Shown: piece by piece, positions 23,901 through 37,950 of the stretch
Layout of the letters: each line of letters begins with the position of its first letter
How positions within the stretch are numbered: the first letter of the stretch is position 1
From: Cetorhinus maximus
Taxonomy: Eukaryota
Assembly (NCBI RefSeq): GCF_964194155.1
Contig: NC_135905.1
Span: 23,808,001-23,872,000, forward strand
Direction: 5' to 3'
Length of the DNA stretch: 64,000 nucleotides
Translations under genes and position numbers: made by a program
Notes under the pieces: model-generated
The model's database searches: none
Told to the model about the DNA's origin: nothing
Seen by the model: the letters and a program-made list of their open reading frames with translations, nothing else

Positions 23901-26900
23901 CAGGTGAACCAAGTAGGAACTGGAGGAATGGCAGCATGGAATGAGTAAATTTCCATTGTAGGGGCTGCCTGATAAATACTGGTACTTTTCAAACTCTAGG
24001 CTAGTGCACATGATTACATGGACCCCCATATTGCAATGATAGTATGTAACATAAAGAGAAAATACAAAGTTTTAAGTCTGTGGTACATGACATTAAAATT
24101 ATAGTCCACTTGCAATTTATATAAAACACATCAACATTTAGATGAGATTGAAGGAAATGAATGTCAGGCTGTGTGAAGGGATTAGAGAAAACTGAAATAT
24201 TTTGCTTCCAAAATGATCATGCTCCTTTCCTTTAAAATATTTTGAGCTGTAAATTCCTGCCAAGTAAACAGTTCTGCTAGGACTAAATTGCACATTTTTA
24301 TCGTGAATAAAGTCCAAATTACACAAACTTCCTTCTGCATAATGGGCTGAATGACTTGCACAAATACAAAATAGTTTACACTGTAGAAAATCAATAAAAA
24401 GAAAAAATATGCAGATATTTCACGATAAATTCTTGGTAAATAAATACATTACAGCAAATTGCTTAAGTGGATGGCTACTCTAAGACACTTTTTATGAGTG
24501 GAGTGCTCCAGCGATAGCAGAAATGAACAGTCTAGCTATTCAATATACGCAAGTCTATTTGATGCTGTACATCACAGTTCAGGATAGGCATTAATTATTT
24601 CCTCAGCTTCATTAAAAGCAAGAACATAGGAAACTACAGAACCTAAAAAAGTAACTGAGGTTTAAGAGGTTTCTGCAAGCCAAAGGAACATGTCCAGGCA
24701 TTATGCCTTTTTTGAATTAAACACAAGCTTAGGGGCAATAGTTCCCTGTTTCATTCCCCACTGCAACACCTTGACCAGTCAACTTGCAGTATAAGCTGTT
24801 GCTCCCTTTGAAATTTAGTATTCTTGTGTGTGTCCTGATCAGTGCAAGATGAAAATCTTTGGCATCACGTCTCTTTTTTCAACAATACTCAAGTTTTATA
24901 CTAAAGCGATTATAGGTTTAAGATAAAGCATTGAGACTGTAAACTCTCCTCACAAGAGAAAATAGGGGCAAGGGCAAGAGGAAAGACTGGAGGAACTCAG
25001 GCTCTTCAGTCCTGAGGTGGGGAAACATTTAAAACTATTTAATATGAACTGGAAAAGGTAGATAAATTCCAAACAATACTTCACAGTAACTCAGGACAGC
25101 AGAATAAAGTCAATTTGAGACTCATGCCCAGAAAAATCTTTATACAAAGCATAATTAACATATGCAACGATTTTGAAAAAAAACAGAGGAAGCAAAAACC
25201 TTAGATTCAACTAACAGGTTGGAGGAACTAAGATTTTTTTTATTCTTGTTGGGTGAACAGGACGGAGCTGAACTGTACTTGTCTTGTGATCATTTTTAAC
25301 GTGAACCTAGCCTTAAAGATCTTTTTGTTCAGAATTATAATAGCTGTATATCTTCACCAAATACAGCATGCAGTGCAACAAAAATAATTACTTTGGACCA
25401 GTGAATATAAAAAATAATCTGCACACAGATCATGGATTGAACGCCATTTGGATTTACCCATCTGACACATTAGGTCAAGTTGTAGGTCCTTCAACATTAC
25501 ACTACACACTGATCTAGGATTTCTGGGAAAACAAAATAACTTACTCCTTTCCCTAGATTTTGATTATTGTATGAAACCCCAGCTCATTACCATCCCACTC
25601 TACTTGTCTAGCTACACACACACACACTCCATTAGTTGCAAGAAATCCTTGTGCATTTAAGTGGATTATACTGCAATCTTAATAACATAAACCTTTGTAT
25701 AATAGGACCTATTTCAGCCTGTCTTGGGAGGTTCTGGTTAATAAGGTTTAGCTATATGAGAACAAGTTTATATTTCACTCATAAAAAAGGATTCCAAATC
25801 ATTAATGCTTAAGAACTTGAAAAGTGCTGGGATTAGAATTGCAGGGGCCTCAGGCGACTCACTATCATTATTCTGAAGCACCCTGGAGTATGCCACTATG
25901 CTAAGTGTCTTTGCAGAGGGTCTGCAGAATGTCATGGCAGACTGACTGAGCTAACTTACAAGTCGTTATGACTAAACTGTTTTGCTGCTTTTCTCTGTAA
26001 ATGCCTTGTAGGAAGGCTAGTTAAAGCTGTACCTGAAAACCCAAGAAAAATTTTAATGCGAGACATGCAAATTGCACAGTAAGTTTCTGACTCATGTGGA
26101 CCCCACCAATACACTGCCTAGCTTAAATGCTAGAGCAATAAGATTGATTTATCTCATAACGTGCTCTTCAGGTTAGTGTCTAATAATGAGTGACCAAGCT
26201 TTCTTTTCTAAATTTAAATCTTCAATAAAAAGACAGCATGAACAGTACGTAATATTCAGAAATTTTTGTCACATTACAAATTTAGAACAGATTAAATCAT
26301 TAAAACCATCTTAAAACCCAGATCATGCACTTCTATTTATCAGAGTTTTCAGCCAGCGTTATGTGGAAAGCTACATGTACCACTTGCAATCTGAACAGTA
26401 AATTATTGTATGGCTTGTGTGTTTTCTGGCTCTCCCATCCCAACCGATTACGCTTTTACAATCAGATCTCTGAAAGCATTTCTCTTACACTCAATCATAA
26501 TGTAATGGGAATACAAGCTGACTATCTGATGAAAGGAGTGAACAAAGCTACCAGAATGCAGGACACTTTGATTTGGTTTCTGTATTGATCTTTGCACTCA
26601 AGAGCTAGAATTGAAGCAGCTTCCTTTCAAAGAGTAAAATATATGCAATATCAGCCAGTGCCAACATATCATCAAGCTTGTAGTTACTCAAAGGTGTATT
26701 GGCAGGTTTAAAAACTTATCATAGACTTATCCTTAGATAATTCATTTACACAGTTAGCAAATTATTTAACCATTTTAAGAACTGCTAATTTACAAAAGGG
26801 AGGATGGGGAGTATGATATTTTTCCAAACAAAGTTTTTCAAAAAGTGAAATACTGAAGAATCAAACCCGCAGAAAAGTTATTATCTAGCGTCAAAAACAT

Positions 26901-27384
26901 TGTAAGCATGACTTGTTTGTGGATTTTCGATGGGTGAAGGAAAATGGTAACAGTGTTTTCAGTTTGCGATCTTTCAGAGATGCGAACTGGAGACAGCTGT
27001 GCTGGCGAACTGGCTGGAGCTAACAGGGCTTCCCTGCACCCTCTAAAAGGATTTATGTAACAATTAGAAGATGAACAGTTCTGCTACTTGTGGTGCATCC
27101 CAAACCCAGACACATACTGTGCCACATTTGCTAGTGACTTTAAACTTCAGGGAATGTGAAGTCCATATACCATTCGGCAGAGCAGCAGCAGAGAGAAAAG
27201 GACTATTGAATGTTGCTAGTGAAGAGCTGTGGGCCTGACTCTTGATCTGATTAAGTGTATAATTAATCTGCCAAGTGAGAATCATGTGGCACATTTCATG
27301 GACAGTGGTAAGGGGTTCCTGAGTCTCGGTATAGTTTACCCAGATGTCATGCAGGTAGAGGTGGTTTCATGTTCCCAACCACTC

Positions 27385-28700
27385 TTAGAATGACAGAATA
27401 GTTCCAGCAAAGGAGGAGGCCATTCTGCCAGTCATGTTTGTGCTGGCTCTCCAAAGGAGCAATTCACCTAGTGCCACTCCTGTCTTTTCCCCATAGCCCT
27501 GCAAATTTTTTCTTTTCAGATGATGATGATCCAATCCCCTTTTGAATTCCTCGATTGAACCTGCCTCCACCACACACTCTCAGTCAGTGCATTCAATGAT
27601 CCTAACCATTTGCTGTGTGAAAAGCTTTTTCCTCATGTTGCCATTGCTTCTTTTTTCAATTACCATAAATCGGTGTCCTCTGGTTCTTGATCCTTCCAGC
27701 AATGGGAACAGTTCTTCCCTATATCCTCTGTCCAGACTCCTCACAATTTCAAATATCGCTATCAAATCTCGTCTCAACTTTCACTTCTCCAAGGAAAACA
27801 GTCCCAATTTCTCCAATCTGTCTATGTAACTGAAGTTCCTCATCCCTGGAACCATTTTCATGAATCTTTTTTGCATCCTCTCTGATGCCTTCACCTAAGA
27901 TGTGGTGTCCAGAACTGGATGCAATACTCAAGTTGAGGCCGAACCAGTGTTTTATTCAAGTTTAACATAATTTCCTTGCTTTTATACTTTATGCCCCCGA
28001 TGATAAAGCCCAAGATGCAGTATACTTTATTAACCTCTCTCTCAACCTGTCCTGCCACCTTCAATAAATTATGCACATATATATTCAGTTCCCTTTGCCC
28101 TCGTACCCAATTAAGGATTGTTCCCTTTATTTTATTTTCTCTCTCTGTGTTCTTCCTACCAAAATGAATCATTTCACATTTCTCTGCATTGAACTTTATC
28201 TGCCACCTGTCTGCCCATTCCAGGTCTAGGTCATTAATATGTCAGGAAGGGCAAGGTTCCTAACACTGATGCCTGGGGAACTCCACTGTAAGCCTTTCTC
28301 CAGCCCAAAAAACAACCATTGACCACTACTTTCCATTTCCTGTCACTCAGCTAATTTCGCATCCATGTTGCTCCTGTCCCTTTTATTTCATGAGCTCTAA
28401 CTTTGCTGATAACTCTGGTGTGTGGCACTTAATCAAATGCTTTTTGGAACTCCATGTACACAACATCAACAGCATTATCCTCATCAACCCTTGCTGTTAC
28501 CTCATCAAAAAACTCAAGTTAGTGAGTTAAACACTATTTTCCCTTAACAAATCCATGTTGGCTTTCCTAAATTAACCTACAATTGCCCAAATGACTATTC
28601 ATTTTGCCCAGAATTATCATTTCTAGAAGCTTCTCCACCACCAAGGTTAAACTGACTGGCCTGTCGTTGCTGGGCTTATCTTTACACTTTTTTGAAAAAG
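27385..28700 (-). mobile_element. CR1 LINE RT/3' fragment
   Basis: ORFs 27891-28172 (HFGRKN..KTLVRPQLEYCIQFW) and 27580-27777 (RRDLI..SRTRGH..FTQ) are CR1 ORF2 C-terminal motifs. Confidence 0.9.
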
Positions 28701-28701
28701 G

Positions 28702-31323
28702 TTTTTTTTTATTCATTCATGGCATGTGGGCTTCACTGGCTGGGCCAGCATTTATTGCCCAACACTAATTGCCCTTGAGAAGGTGGTGGTGCACTGCGTT
28801 CTTGAACTGCTGTAGTCCATGTGGTGTAGGTGCACCCACAGTGCTATTAGGAAGGGAGTTCCAGGATTTTGACCAGAGACAGTGAAGGAATGGTGATATA
28901 TTTCCAAGTGAGTGAGGGGAACTTCCAGGTGGTGGTTGTTCCCATCTATCTGCTGCCCTTGTCCTTCTAGATGGTAGTGGTCATGGGTTTGAGAGGTGCT
29001 TTCAAAGGAGCCTTGGTGAATTCCTGCAGTGTATCTTGCAGGTGGTACACACTGTTGCTGCTGTACGTCGGTGGTGGAGGGAGTGAATGTTTGTGGATGT
29101 GGTGCCAATCAAGCAGGATGCTTTATCCTGGACGGTGTCAAGGTTCTTCAGTGTTGTGGGAGCTGCACTCATCCAGGCAAGTGGGGAGTATTCTGTCACA
29201 GTCCTGACTTGTGGCTTGTAGATTGTAGGCAGGCTTTGGGGAGTCAGTAGGTGGATCACTCATCGCACGACTCCTAGCCTCTGACCAGCCCTTGTAGCCA
29301 CAGTATTTATATGGCTAGTCCAGTTCAGTTTCTGATCAGTGGTAAGCCCCAGGATGTTGAAAGTGGGGGATTCAGCGATGGTAATGCCATTGAACATCAA
29401 GGGGCGATGGTTGGATTCTCTCTTGTTGAAAATAGTCATTGCCTGACACTTGTGTGGCGCAAATGTTACTTGCCATTTGTCAGTCCAAGCCTGGATATTG
29501 TCCTGGTCTCGCTGCATTTGGACATGGACTGCTTCAGTATTTGCGGAGTCACGAACGGTGCTGAACACCGTGCAATTGTCAGCAAACATCCCTGCTTCCG
29601 ACCTTATGATGGAAGGAAGGTCATTGATGAAGAAGCTGAAGATGGTTGAGCTGAGGGCACTACCCTGAGGAACTCCTGCAGTGATGTCCTGGAGCTGAGA
29701 TGACTGACTTCCAACAACCACAGCCAGCTTCCTTTGTGCTAGGCATGACTCCAACCAGCAAAGAGTTTCCCCAATTCCCATTGACTCCAGTTTTGCTATT
29801 GCTCCTTGATGCCACACTCTGTCAAATGCGGCCTTGATGCCGAGGGCAGTCACTCTCACCTCACCTTGAGAGTTCAGCTCTTTTGTCCATGTTTCAACCA
29901 AGGCTGTAATGAGGTCGGGAGCTGAGTGGCCCTGGCGGAACCCAAACTGGGCATCAGTGAGCTGGTTATTGCTAAGCAAGTGTCGCTTGATAGCACTGTT
30001 AATGACCCCTTCCATTACTTTACTGATAATGGAGAGTAGACGGTTGGGGTTGGATTTGTTCCGCTTTTTGTGTACAGGACACACCTGGACAATTTTCCAC
30101 ATAGCCGGGTAGATGCTAGTATTGTAGCTGTACTGGAATAGCTTGGCTAGGGGCACAGCAAGTTCTGGAGCACAAGTCGACAGTACTATTGCTGGAATAT
30201 TGTCCGAGCCCTTAGCCTTTCCAGTATCCAGTGCTTTCAGCCGTTTCTTGATATCATGTGGAGTGAATCGAATTGGCTGAAGACTGACATCTATGATGCT
30301 GGGGACTTCCGGAGGGGACCAAAATGGATCATCCACTCAGCACTTCTGGCTGAAGAATGTTGCGAATGCTTCAGCCTTATCTTTTACACTGATGTGCTGG
30401 GCTCCTCCATCATTGAGGATGGGGATATTTGTGGAGCCTCCTCATCCAGTGAGTTGTTTAATTATCCACCACCATTCACGACTAGATGTGACAGGACTGC
30501 AGAGCTTAGATCTGATCCATTGGTTGTGGGATCGCTTCACCCAGTATATCACTTGCTGCTTATGCTGTTTGGCATGTAAGTAGTCCTGTATAGCTTCGCC
30601 AGGCTGACACCTCATTTTTAGGTATGCCTGGTGCTGCTCCTGGCATGCCCTCCTGCACTCCTCATTGAACCAAGGTTGATCCCCTGACTTGATGGTAATG
30701 CTAGAGTGGGGGGATATGCTGGGCCCTGAGGTTATAGATTGTGGTTGAGTACAATTTTGCTGCTGCTGATGGCCCACAGTGCCTCATGGATGCCCAGTCT
30801 TGAGTTGCTAGATCTGTTCAAAATCTATCCCATTTAGCACAGTGGTAGTGCCACACATCACGATGGAGGGTATCCTCAATGTGAAGGTGAGACTTCGTCT
30901 CCACAATGACTGTGCGGTGGTCACTCCTACCAATACTGTCATGGACAGATGCATCTATGGCAGGCAGGTTGGTGAGGATGAGGTCAAGTATGTTTTTCCC
31001 TCTTGTTGGTTGCCCCACCACCTGCCACAGGCCCAGTCTAGCATCTATATCATTCAGGACTCAGCCAGCTCAGTCAGTAATGGTGCTACCGAGCCACTCT
31101 TGGTGATGGACATTGAAGACCCCCACCCAGAGTACATTCTGCACCCTTGCCACCCTCACTGTTTCCTCCAAGTGGTGTTCAACATGGAGGAGCACTGATT
31201 CATCAGCTGAGGGAGGGCGGTACATGGTAATCAGCAGGAGGTTTCCTTGCCCATGTTTGACCCGATGCCATGAGACTTCATGGGGTCTGGAATCAATATT
31301 GAGGACTCCCAGGGCTACTCCCT
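28702..31323 (-). mobile_element. CR1-group LINE (family A), 5'-truncated within APE
   Basis: 358-aa RT ORF 29260-30336 (GIKAAFDRVWH, GVPQGSAL, FADNC). APE motifs upstream (VLWVGVFNVH, PTRGKNILDL, RSDH). T-rich tail at 28702-28720. Confidence 0.92.
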
Positions 31324-31504
31324 GTGTAACGTTTGAAATTCTCCAGCCCTCTGGCACACTCTTGCCAACATCAGCCCTAAAGAAGCTTTGTTTGTTACCA
31401 TTCTCATCAATTTCCACCACCCTGCCACTTGGCTTAGTTTACAGGATCTTTCAGTATGCCAGGCACTTTACAGGACTGCTTCCAATCAGCAAATACTGTG
31501 AGAT

Positions 31505-31865
31505 CAATGGCATTCAAAACACTGCTGCCTGTGTCCTTACTCACACCAAATCCCATTCATTAGTCACTCCTGTGCTCAGTGACATACACTGATTATCTGC
31601 GCTCTTCTAATTTTGACCTCTTGCGCACCCCCAATTTTAGTTACTCCACCAATGACAGCCATGCCTTCAGCTGCCTGGGTCCTAAGCTATGGAATTCCCT
31701 CCCTACACTTCCCTGCCTCTCTACCTCATTTTCCTCCTTTATGACACTCCCTAAAACCTTAGATCAAGCTTTTGGTCATCGGCTCTACGTGGTTTAGTGT
31801 CAAATTTTAGTTTTAATGTTCCTTGGCACCTTTCATTATGTTAAAGATGCTATATAAATATAATT
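31505..31865 (+). mobile_element. L2 LINE 3' fragment
   Basis: Encodes IQNTAACVLTHTK..VTPVLSDIH and AFSCLGPKLWNSLP (L2 ORF2 C-terminus). Ends aaagatgctatataaat. Confidence 0.75.
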
Positions 31866-33024
31866 CCTGCAATAACCCTATTGTTTTCAAGCAACTATCC
31901 TATGCGATACAAAAGGAAAGTACTTGTAGATTAGTTTAGAAATTGGTCTGTCTTTTAAAGGGGCATCTTGTTCATAAGAAACTATTTGATAAATACTTGA
32001 AGGATGGTGATACATGAGGAGGCAACAAGAAGCAATTACCATCAGTAAGGAGACAGTTTCTGAAGGACCGATAACTTTAAAAGTGCCAATTTAGTAATCA
32101 CAGAAGAACCACAACACACTCACTGTAGCAAAGAATGATTAAAAATTCGATTTATAGTTGATTTGAAGATTGTAAGGCTATGTTTGAGATTTATTTTTAA
32201 AAACAGAATGAAATAAAAGCTGTGAGGAGCACTCACCCTGTAACAATTCTGTGCTCCCAATAAAAGGCGAATCAGAAACACAAATAAAAATACTGGGAAG
32301 CTAAAATAAAAAAAACTGTTGTTGGAAATACGTGGGTCGTGTAGCTTAGCGCTTGTGTTCTAGCAGCCAGAGAAGTTCTAAATTCAAATCCCACCATGGC
32401 AAATTGTGAAACTGAATGTACCATTGACTCCAGTCCCATATCATATATTTAACTCTTCATGTTCCTTGGGTAATCAAAGTTGCCTTGCCAGTGTTGTCCA
32501 CATCTCAAGAACAAATAATATAAAAGCACACAGCAGAATCTGGAAAGGGAAAAGATATTTTAACATTTTGTTTGTGACAAAGTCCATAGATGAAATATTG
32601 GTTGCATTTGTTCAACAAATGTTGGCAGATCCAATGTTGTCAGGTGTGAGCTTTGCTTCAATGGTAACACTCTCCATGCTGTGCCAGAATGTCGTAGTTT
32701 CAAGGCTTGAGCACATAATTTAGGTCTTTGCTTCTGTGGAGTACTACACTATCAGAGTCCAATGTGACTCTCCCTCAGAACTCAGATCTCCAGCACCCGC
32801 GGTATTTTGCTTTCATTGCACCATTTTTAAAGCCACCTGTTACTAAAGGGGTTAAACTGAAGTAATTTAATAATCTTCTCAGGCACAGCTTTTGCCTCAT
32901 TGCTAACGAATAGCTTTTCTTTTCCAGTTGAAGATAACCCATTCCCTGTGATTGGCAATAGCACTGTCATGCAATACACCAGGGAAATCAGTCCCTCTCT
33001 CTCAACCAATCAAGAATGACTACT

Positions 33025-33693
33025 AAAACAAAAACAGAATTACCTGGAAAAACTCAGCAGGTCTGGCAGCATCGGCAGAGAAGAAAAGAGTTGATGTTTC
33101 AAGTCCTCATGACCCTTCAACAGAACTGAGTAATATTAGGAGAGGGGTGAAATATAAGCTGGTTTAGGGGGGGGGGGGGGGAGAGGAGGGGTGTGGTTGT
33201 AGGGACAAGCAAGCAGTGATTGGAGCAGATAATCAAAAGATGTCACAGACAATCAAAAGATGTCACAGACAAAAGAACAAAGAGATGTTGAAGGTGGTGA
33301 TATTATCTAAATGAATGTGCTAATTAAGAATGGATGGCAGGACACTCAAGGTACAGCTCTAGTGGGGGTGGGGTGGAAAGACTAACAGGGCATAAAAGGT
33401 ATAGATTTAAAAATAATGGAAATAGGTGGGAAAAGAAAAATCTATATAAATTATTGGAAAAAACAAAAGGAAGGGGGAAGAAACGGAAAGGGGGTGGGGA
33501 TGGAGGAGGGAGTTCAAGATCTAAAGTTGTTGAATTCAATATTCAGTCCGGAAGGCTGTAAAGTGCCTAGTCGGAAGATGAGGTGCTGTTCCTCCAGTTT
33601 GCACTGGGCTTCACTAGAACAATGCAGCAAGCCAAGGACGGACATGTGGGCAAGAGAGCAGGGTGGAGTGTTAAAATGACAAAGAATGAATGG
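33025..33693 (-). mobile_element. Penelope-like element 3' fragment (GIY-YIG C-terminus plus terminal repeat)
   Basis: ORF 33514-33696 (CHFNTPPCSLAHMSVLGL..KLEEQHLIFRLGTLQPSGLNIEF). 14-bp direct repeat CAAGAATGACTACT at 33011-33024 and 33694-33707. Internal 20-bp tandem duplication at 33231-33270. Confidence 0.88.
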
Positions 33694-35079
33694 CAAGAAT
33701 GACTACTGCTAGTCATCAAAGAAGGGAAACTGTGAACGTATAATAGAATGCAACATAAACTGAATACAGACTATGGGATAAAGTCCACTATCACTTATGT
33801 TTGCGTTGACACCATTGCTGGTATCCACATGGATTTTAATATTGGAAATCAAAAGGGATGTTTTATACCATACTGTACTCAGAAAAACAAAGCATGTTCA
33901 CTCAACTACATGATAAAACATCACGTACTTCAATTGGTAAAACAGACACCTTGAAACACTTGTGTGGTGTGGGAGGACATCTTCTCTGAAACAATCAATC
34001 TTAATAGTGTCACCAAGGAAGGAAAAAAGCTGAGAACAAATAACCCCTCCCCAACTGATCTCACGGCAGCAAATTCAGAATGACATCAGCAGAAGCCAAG
34101 TAATTAATCATTTTCCCACCTTCCCTGGAGAGGAAGTGTTCTTCACATCATATGTCAAATTAAATAGTGAAGAAAAAACGCAGTTTATCAAGAAGAACCT
34201 CCTAAAACTTTGCCAGTTTGTGAAATCATTTTCAAAGCACAATGCTTTTAATCGGCTACTTTTGACAAAATTGCAATATGTAAATAAATAAATATTTAAA
34301 AAACCTGAGGAAAAGTACAGGATTCGAATATTCCCAGTCATGCTCAAAATTAGAGTGGAGTTAAATCTGGTTCCCTTAAAAATGCCAGGTCTTCAGAAAC
34401 ATCAATCCTGCAACATAGAAAGAAATTCCTAAAATGTTCCTTAACAGATTTCTTATATTGGAATTTTAGTCTTATAACTCTCAATAACGGTTTCAAATTT
34501 AGAGGCACTTTGTGGTTTGCAATTGCACTGAGCCACCTTTGATTGGACTATTTTATAGCAATTTTTATTTAATTTATTTCAAGGCACAAAGTGTCTCTAA
34601 GTTCACTCAGTCAAGCAATTAGAAAATAAAGAGACAAAATTACGAGTTGGTCACCAAACAAAGTTAGAAAGCAAATCCTAATTAGATAAGACTAATGTTA
34701 GGTATCATTATAGGCTCAACTGTTCCACATTGTACCAAACAGAAAAGATGCAAATGTTCAAATAGTTCATTAGTGTTCTGCCACAAACTGCCAACAGTAT
34801 TTGCACATCCAGTGATAGTTGCAAATCATGCAATGTAAGTCTTTCTACAGGGGTGCATTAAATACAGTACTGCATCAGCTCTCTCCATTCGGCATTCAAC
34901 ATTCAACTTGTGAAAACTGGGTATGAGAGCCTGAATGGATATTTTTGTTCCAGTCTAATATCTAATTGCGGATCAGACAAATCCTGTTATATTCATTGTT
35001 TCATGCAACCACTTTCCACCTTCCAAGCAGACGCCAACCTCCACAAAGGCATCTTTTAAAAAATAATCTGCTTTTTTCT

Positions 35080-37150
35080 TATGACCAAAGTGAATAACTT
35101 CTCATTTCCCTATATTATAATCCATCTGCCAACTTGTTGCCCACTCGCATAACCTGTCTATATCTCTTTGCAGCCTCTGTGTCCTCTCCACAGCCTACTT
35201 TTCCATGTAATTTGGTATCATCAGCAATGATATCATTCTAACAATACTATCTTGCTTCTGTTTTTATATTCCTGGCTAGTTTACTCTCATATTCTATTTT
35301 CCCCTTTTTATCAACTTGTTGGTGGCCCTTTGCTGGTTTCTAAAACACTCCCAATCCTCAGACATGCTCTTACATTTTTGCATCTTTATAAGCCTCTTCG
35401 TTTAACCTAATACTTAACTTCCTGAGTGAGCCACAGGTAGGTCCTTCTTCCTGAGTTTTTGTTCTTCGATGGAATGTATTTTTGTTGAACATTTTGAATT
35501 GTTTCTTTAAATGTTTCCCATTGTTCATTTGCCTCCATAGCTTTTTGTCTATTTACCCAAATAACCTTAGCCAGTTCTCCGCTCATATCTATGGGCAGGA
35601 TCTTCTGGTCGGCAGGCAGGGGTGGAGCCCACTTGCTGAAGGGTAAAATGACGCGGGATGACGTCAGGTGGAACTCCTGACGTCACCCCGCGTCATTTCC
35701 ATTTTCAGGTCGGCAGGGGTGCAGCTGAGTCAGCGATGGCCTATTGAGGCCATTGAAAAAGTAATTGAGGTCATTAATGGACCTACCCATCCAGCCTTAA
35801 GGTTGGCGGGTAGGCTGGGAGCCCTGGCGGGCTTTGGAAAAAGCATGAAACCTCATCCACGGGCGGGATGGGGTTTCATGATGGTCGTTAAATTATCACA
35901 TCTTTCAATAAAAGTTATGGACATGTCCCAACTCATGTGACAATGTCACATGAGGGGACATGGCAGGGAATTTTTTTAAACCTCTTTATTTAAAGTTTTA
36001 AATCAGAGACGATCTCCCTGAGGTAGCACTTAGCCTCAGGGAGATCTGTGCGCTCTTTCGTGTGCCTGCGTGAAAGAGCGCATGCCTGGCTGAGGGAATC
36101 TCCCCCCATCCGCACAGGGAATGCATAGCCTTAATTGGCCCACCCACATAAAATTGCAGTGCGCCCCCAATCGGGGGTGCCGATCGGAGGTGCGACCACA
36201 CTTCCCCACCCCCATAGGGGGGAGGGGGGGGATTTTTCCCTATGTAATTGGCTTTGTTTAAGATTCTTGTTTGTGATTGGAATATGTCACTTCTAAACTT
36301 AACATGGAATTGAATGGTATTATGGTCACAATTTCCCAGTGGGTCTTTTACTATGACATTACTGATTAACCCTGCTTCATTACACAAGATCTAAGATAGT
36401 TTTATTCCGAGTCAATTCACATACTGCTCCAAGAAACTGTCACAAAAACATTCTATAAATCATCTTCTAGATCATTCTTGCCAATTTGATTGTCCCAGTC
36501 TATAAGAAGATTAAAGTCCCCCACAATTATTACTTTTCTTTTGTTACAGGTTCCAATAATTTATTCTTTAATACTCTGTCAATGGTATAACTACTGTTAG
36601 GGGGCCTACAAACAACTCCCACCAGTGTCGTGTGGCTTTTGCTGTTCCTAATTTTCACCCAGATGGATTCTACTTCATGATCTTCCAAGGCCAGATCTTT
36701 CCTCACGAATGTCCTTACGTAATCCTTTGCTATAAGAGCTATCCCACCTCCTTTGCTATTCTGCCTGTCTTTCTGAAATATTGTTCACCCTGGAATATTT
36801 ATTTCCCTTCATCACCATGTAACCATGGTTCTGTATTGGCAATTAGATCTAAATCAGTTACCTCTATTTGTGCCACTCATTCATCTATCTTATTGCAGAT
36901 GCTTCATGCATTCAGATAAAGAACCTTCAAATTCATTCTTTTACTTCTATTACCTGTAATGACCTTATTCATTGATGTCTGTTTTTTGCTAAATTCTCTG
37001 TCCCTTCCTGTCCCGGTCTGCTGGCTTTAACTCCCATTGCTATACTGTTCCGATACCTCAACCTCTCTCTTTAGATTTCTAAGTCTCCTTTTACCTAAAC
37101 CCTCCTCCTATCTCTGTTAGTTTAAAGCCCTGTCCACAGCCCTAGTTATA
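35080..37150 (-). mobile_element. Old CR1 LINE fragment (APE/linker region, internally deleted), interrupted by a MITE
   Basis: ORF 35998-36387 begins CNEAGLISNVIVKDPLGNCDHNTIQF (APE end), with CR1-like flanks on both sides of the MITE. Confidence 0.7.
35593..36240. mobile_element. PIF/Harbinger-like MITE, copy 2
   Basis: Starts GGGCAGGATCTTC; right TIR degenerate. 3-bp TSD TAT at 35590-35592 and 36241-36243. Interior collinear with 1084-1743. Confidence 0.78.
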
Positions 37151-37814
37151 TAATACGAAGGTGGAAAGTGGCTTTGCAATGTTGACCTTTATTTAGTGCA
37201 ATGGCTATGGTTATCACAGACAAAGCAATATTAATTGTCCATGCCTAGTTCCCTGAGCACATCAAGAGTCAACCAGACAGCATGCAATTGCAGTCACATG
37301 GAGGCCAGCCAAGGTAGGGATAAGGTCTTTCCTTCAAGGAAAGATTGAGAGAACTATGACAAAACATTATTTATCTAACTTCTCTGCCTGGTGCCTCTGA
37401 TTGAACAGCATTCCCTGTGTAAAGGTATGAACGTCCCTCCCGAGAAAGTGTTGGATAACCTTCAAACTCAAACTGATGTAGTAATAAGACAATAGGGAAT
37501 TAAATGGTGGGTACTCTTTTGAATATCTCGTAAACAGTACAGATAGCTTGTCTTGATGTCAATCATTCATTAAGTGAACCTAATTTAACAACAATATTAC
37601 AACACAAATCAAACCAAAATACTTTCCTCACCAAATAGATAAAAATCTCAAAATGCCACACAAGCTCAGCAGGACATCGAAGTCCATACATAACAAGGGT
37701 GTGAAACCCACTGACAAACAAAGCAATAAATAATGGTCCAACTTTAATACTGACCTGGCAAACTGACATTGAAGTTCTGCCATGGAAAGAAAATGGCAGA
37801 TATGGAAACATTTA

Positions 37815-37950
37815 CATTGGAGGGGAAGGGAAAGGGAGAGGGAAAAGGGGTAAGATGGGAAAGGGAAGTGGAGGAAGGAGGAAAAAGCAGAGGGCAAAAA
37901 TAGGAGAAAGGAGTTGAGAAAGGGAGGGGCGCATGGGAGTAGGTGAGGGA
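37815..37950 (+). repeat. Polypurine low-complexity tract
   Basis: GGAGGGGAAGGGAAAGGGAGAGGGAAAAGGGG... almost purely A/G. Confidence 0.6.

Noticed and set aside
29260-30336. 358-aa RT ORF as an active or domesticated gene
   Set aside because: The catalytic motif is FADN rather than F/YADD, the NYRPISL motif is deleted, and the flanking frames are broken. It is a decayed LINE copy.
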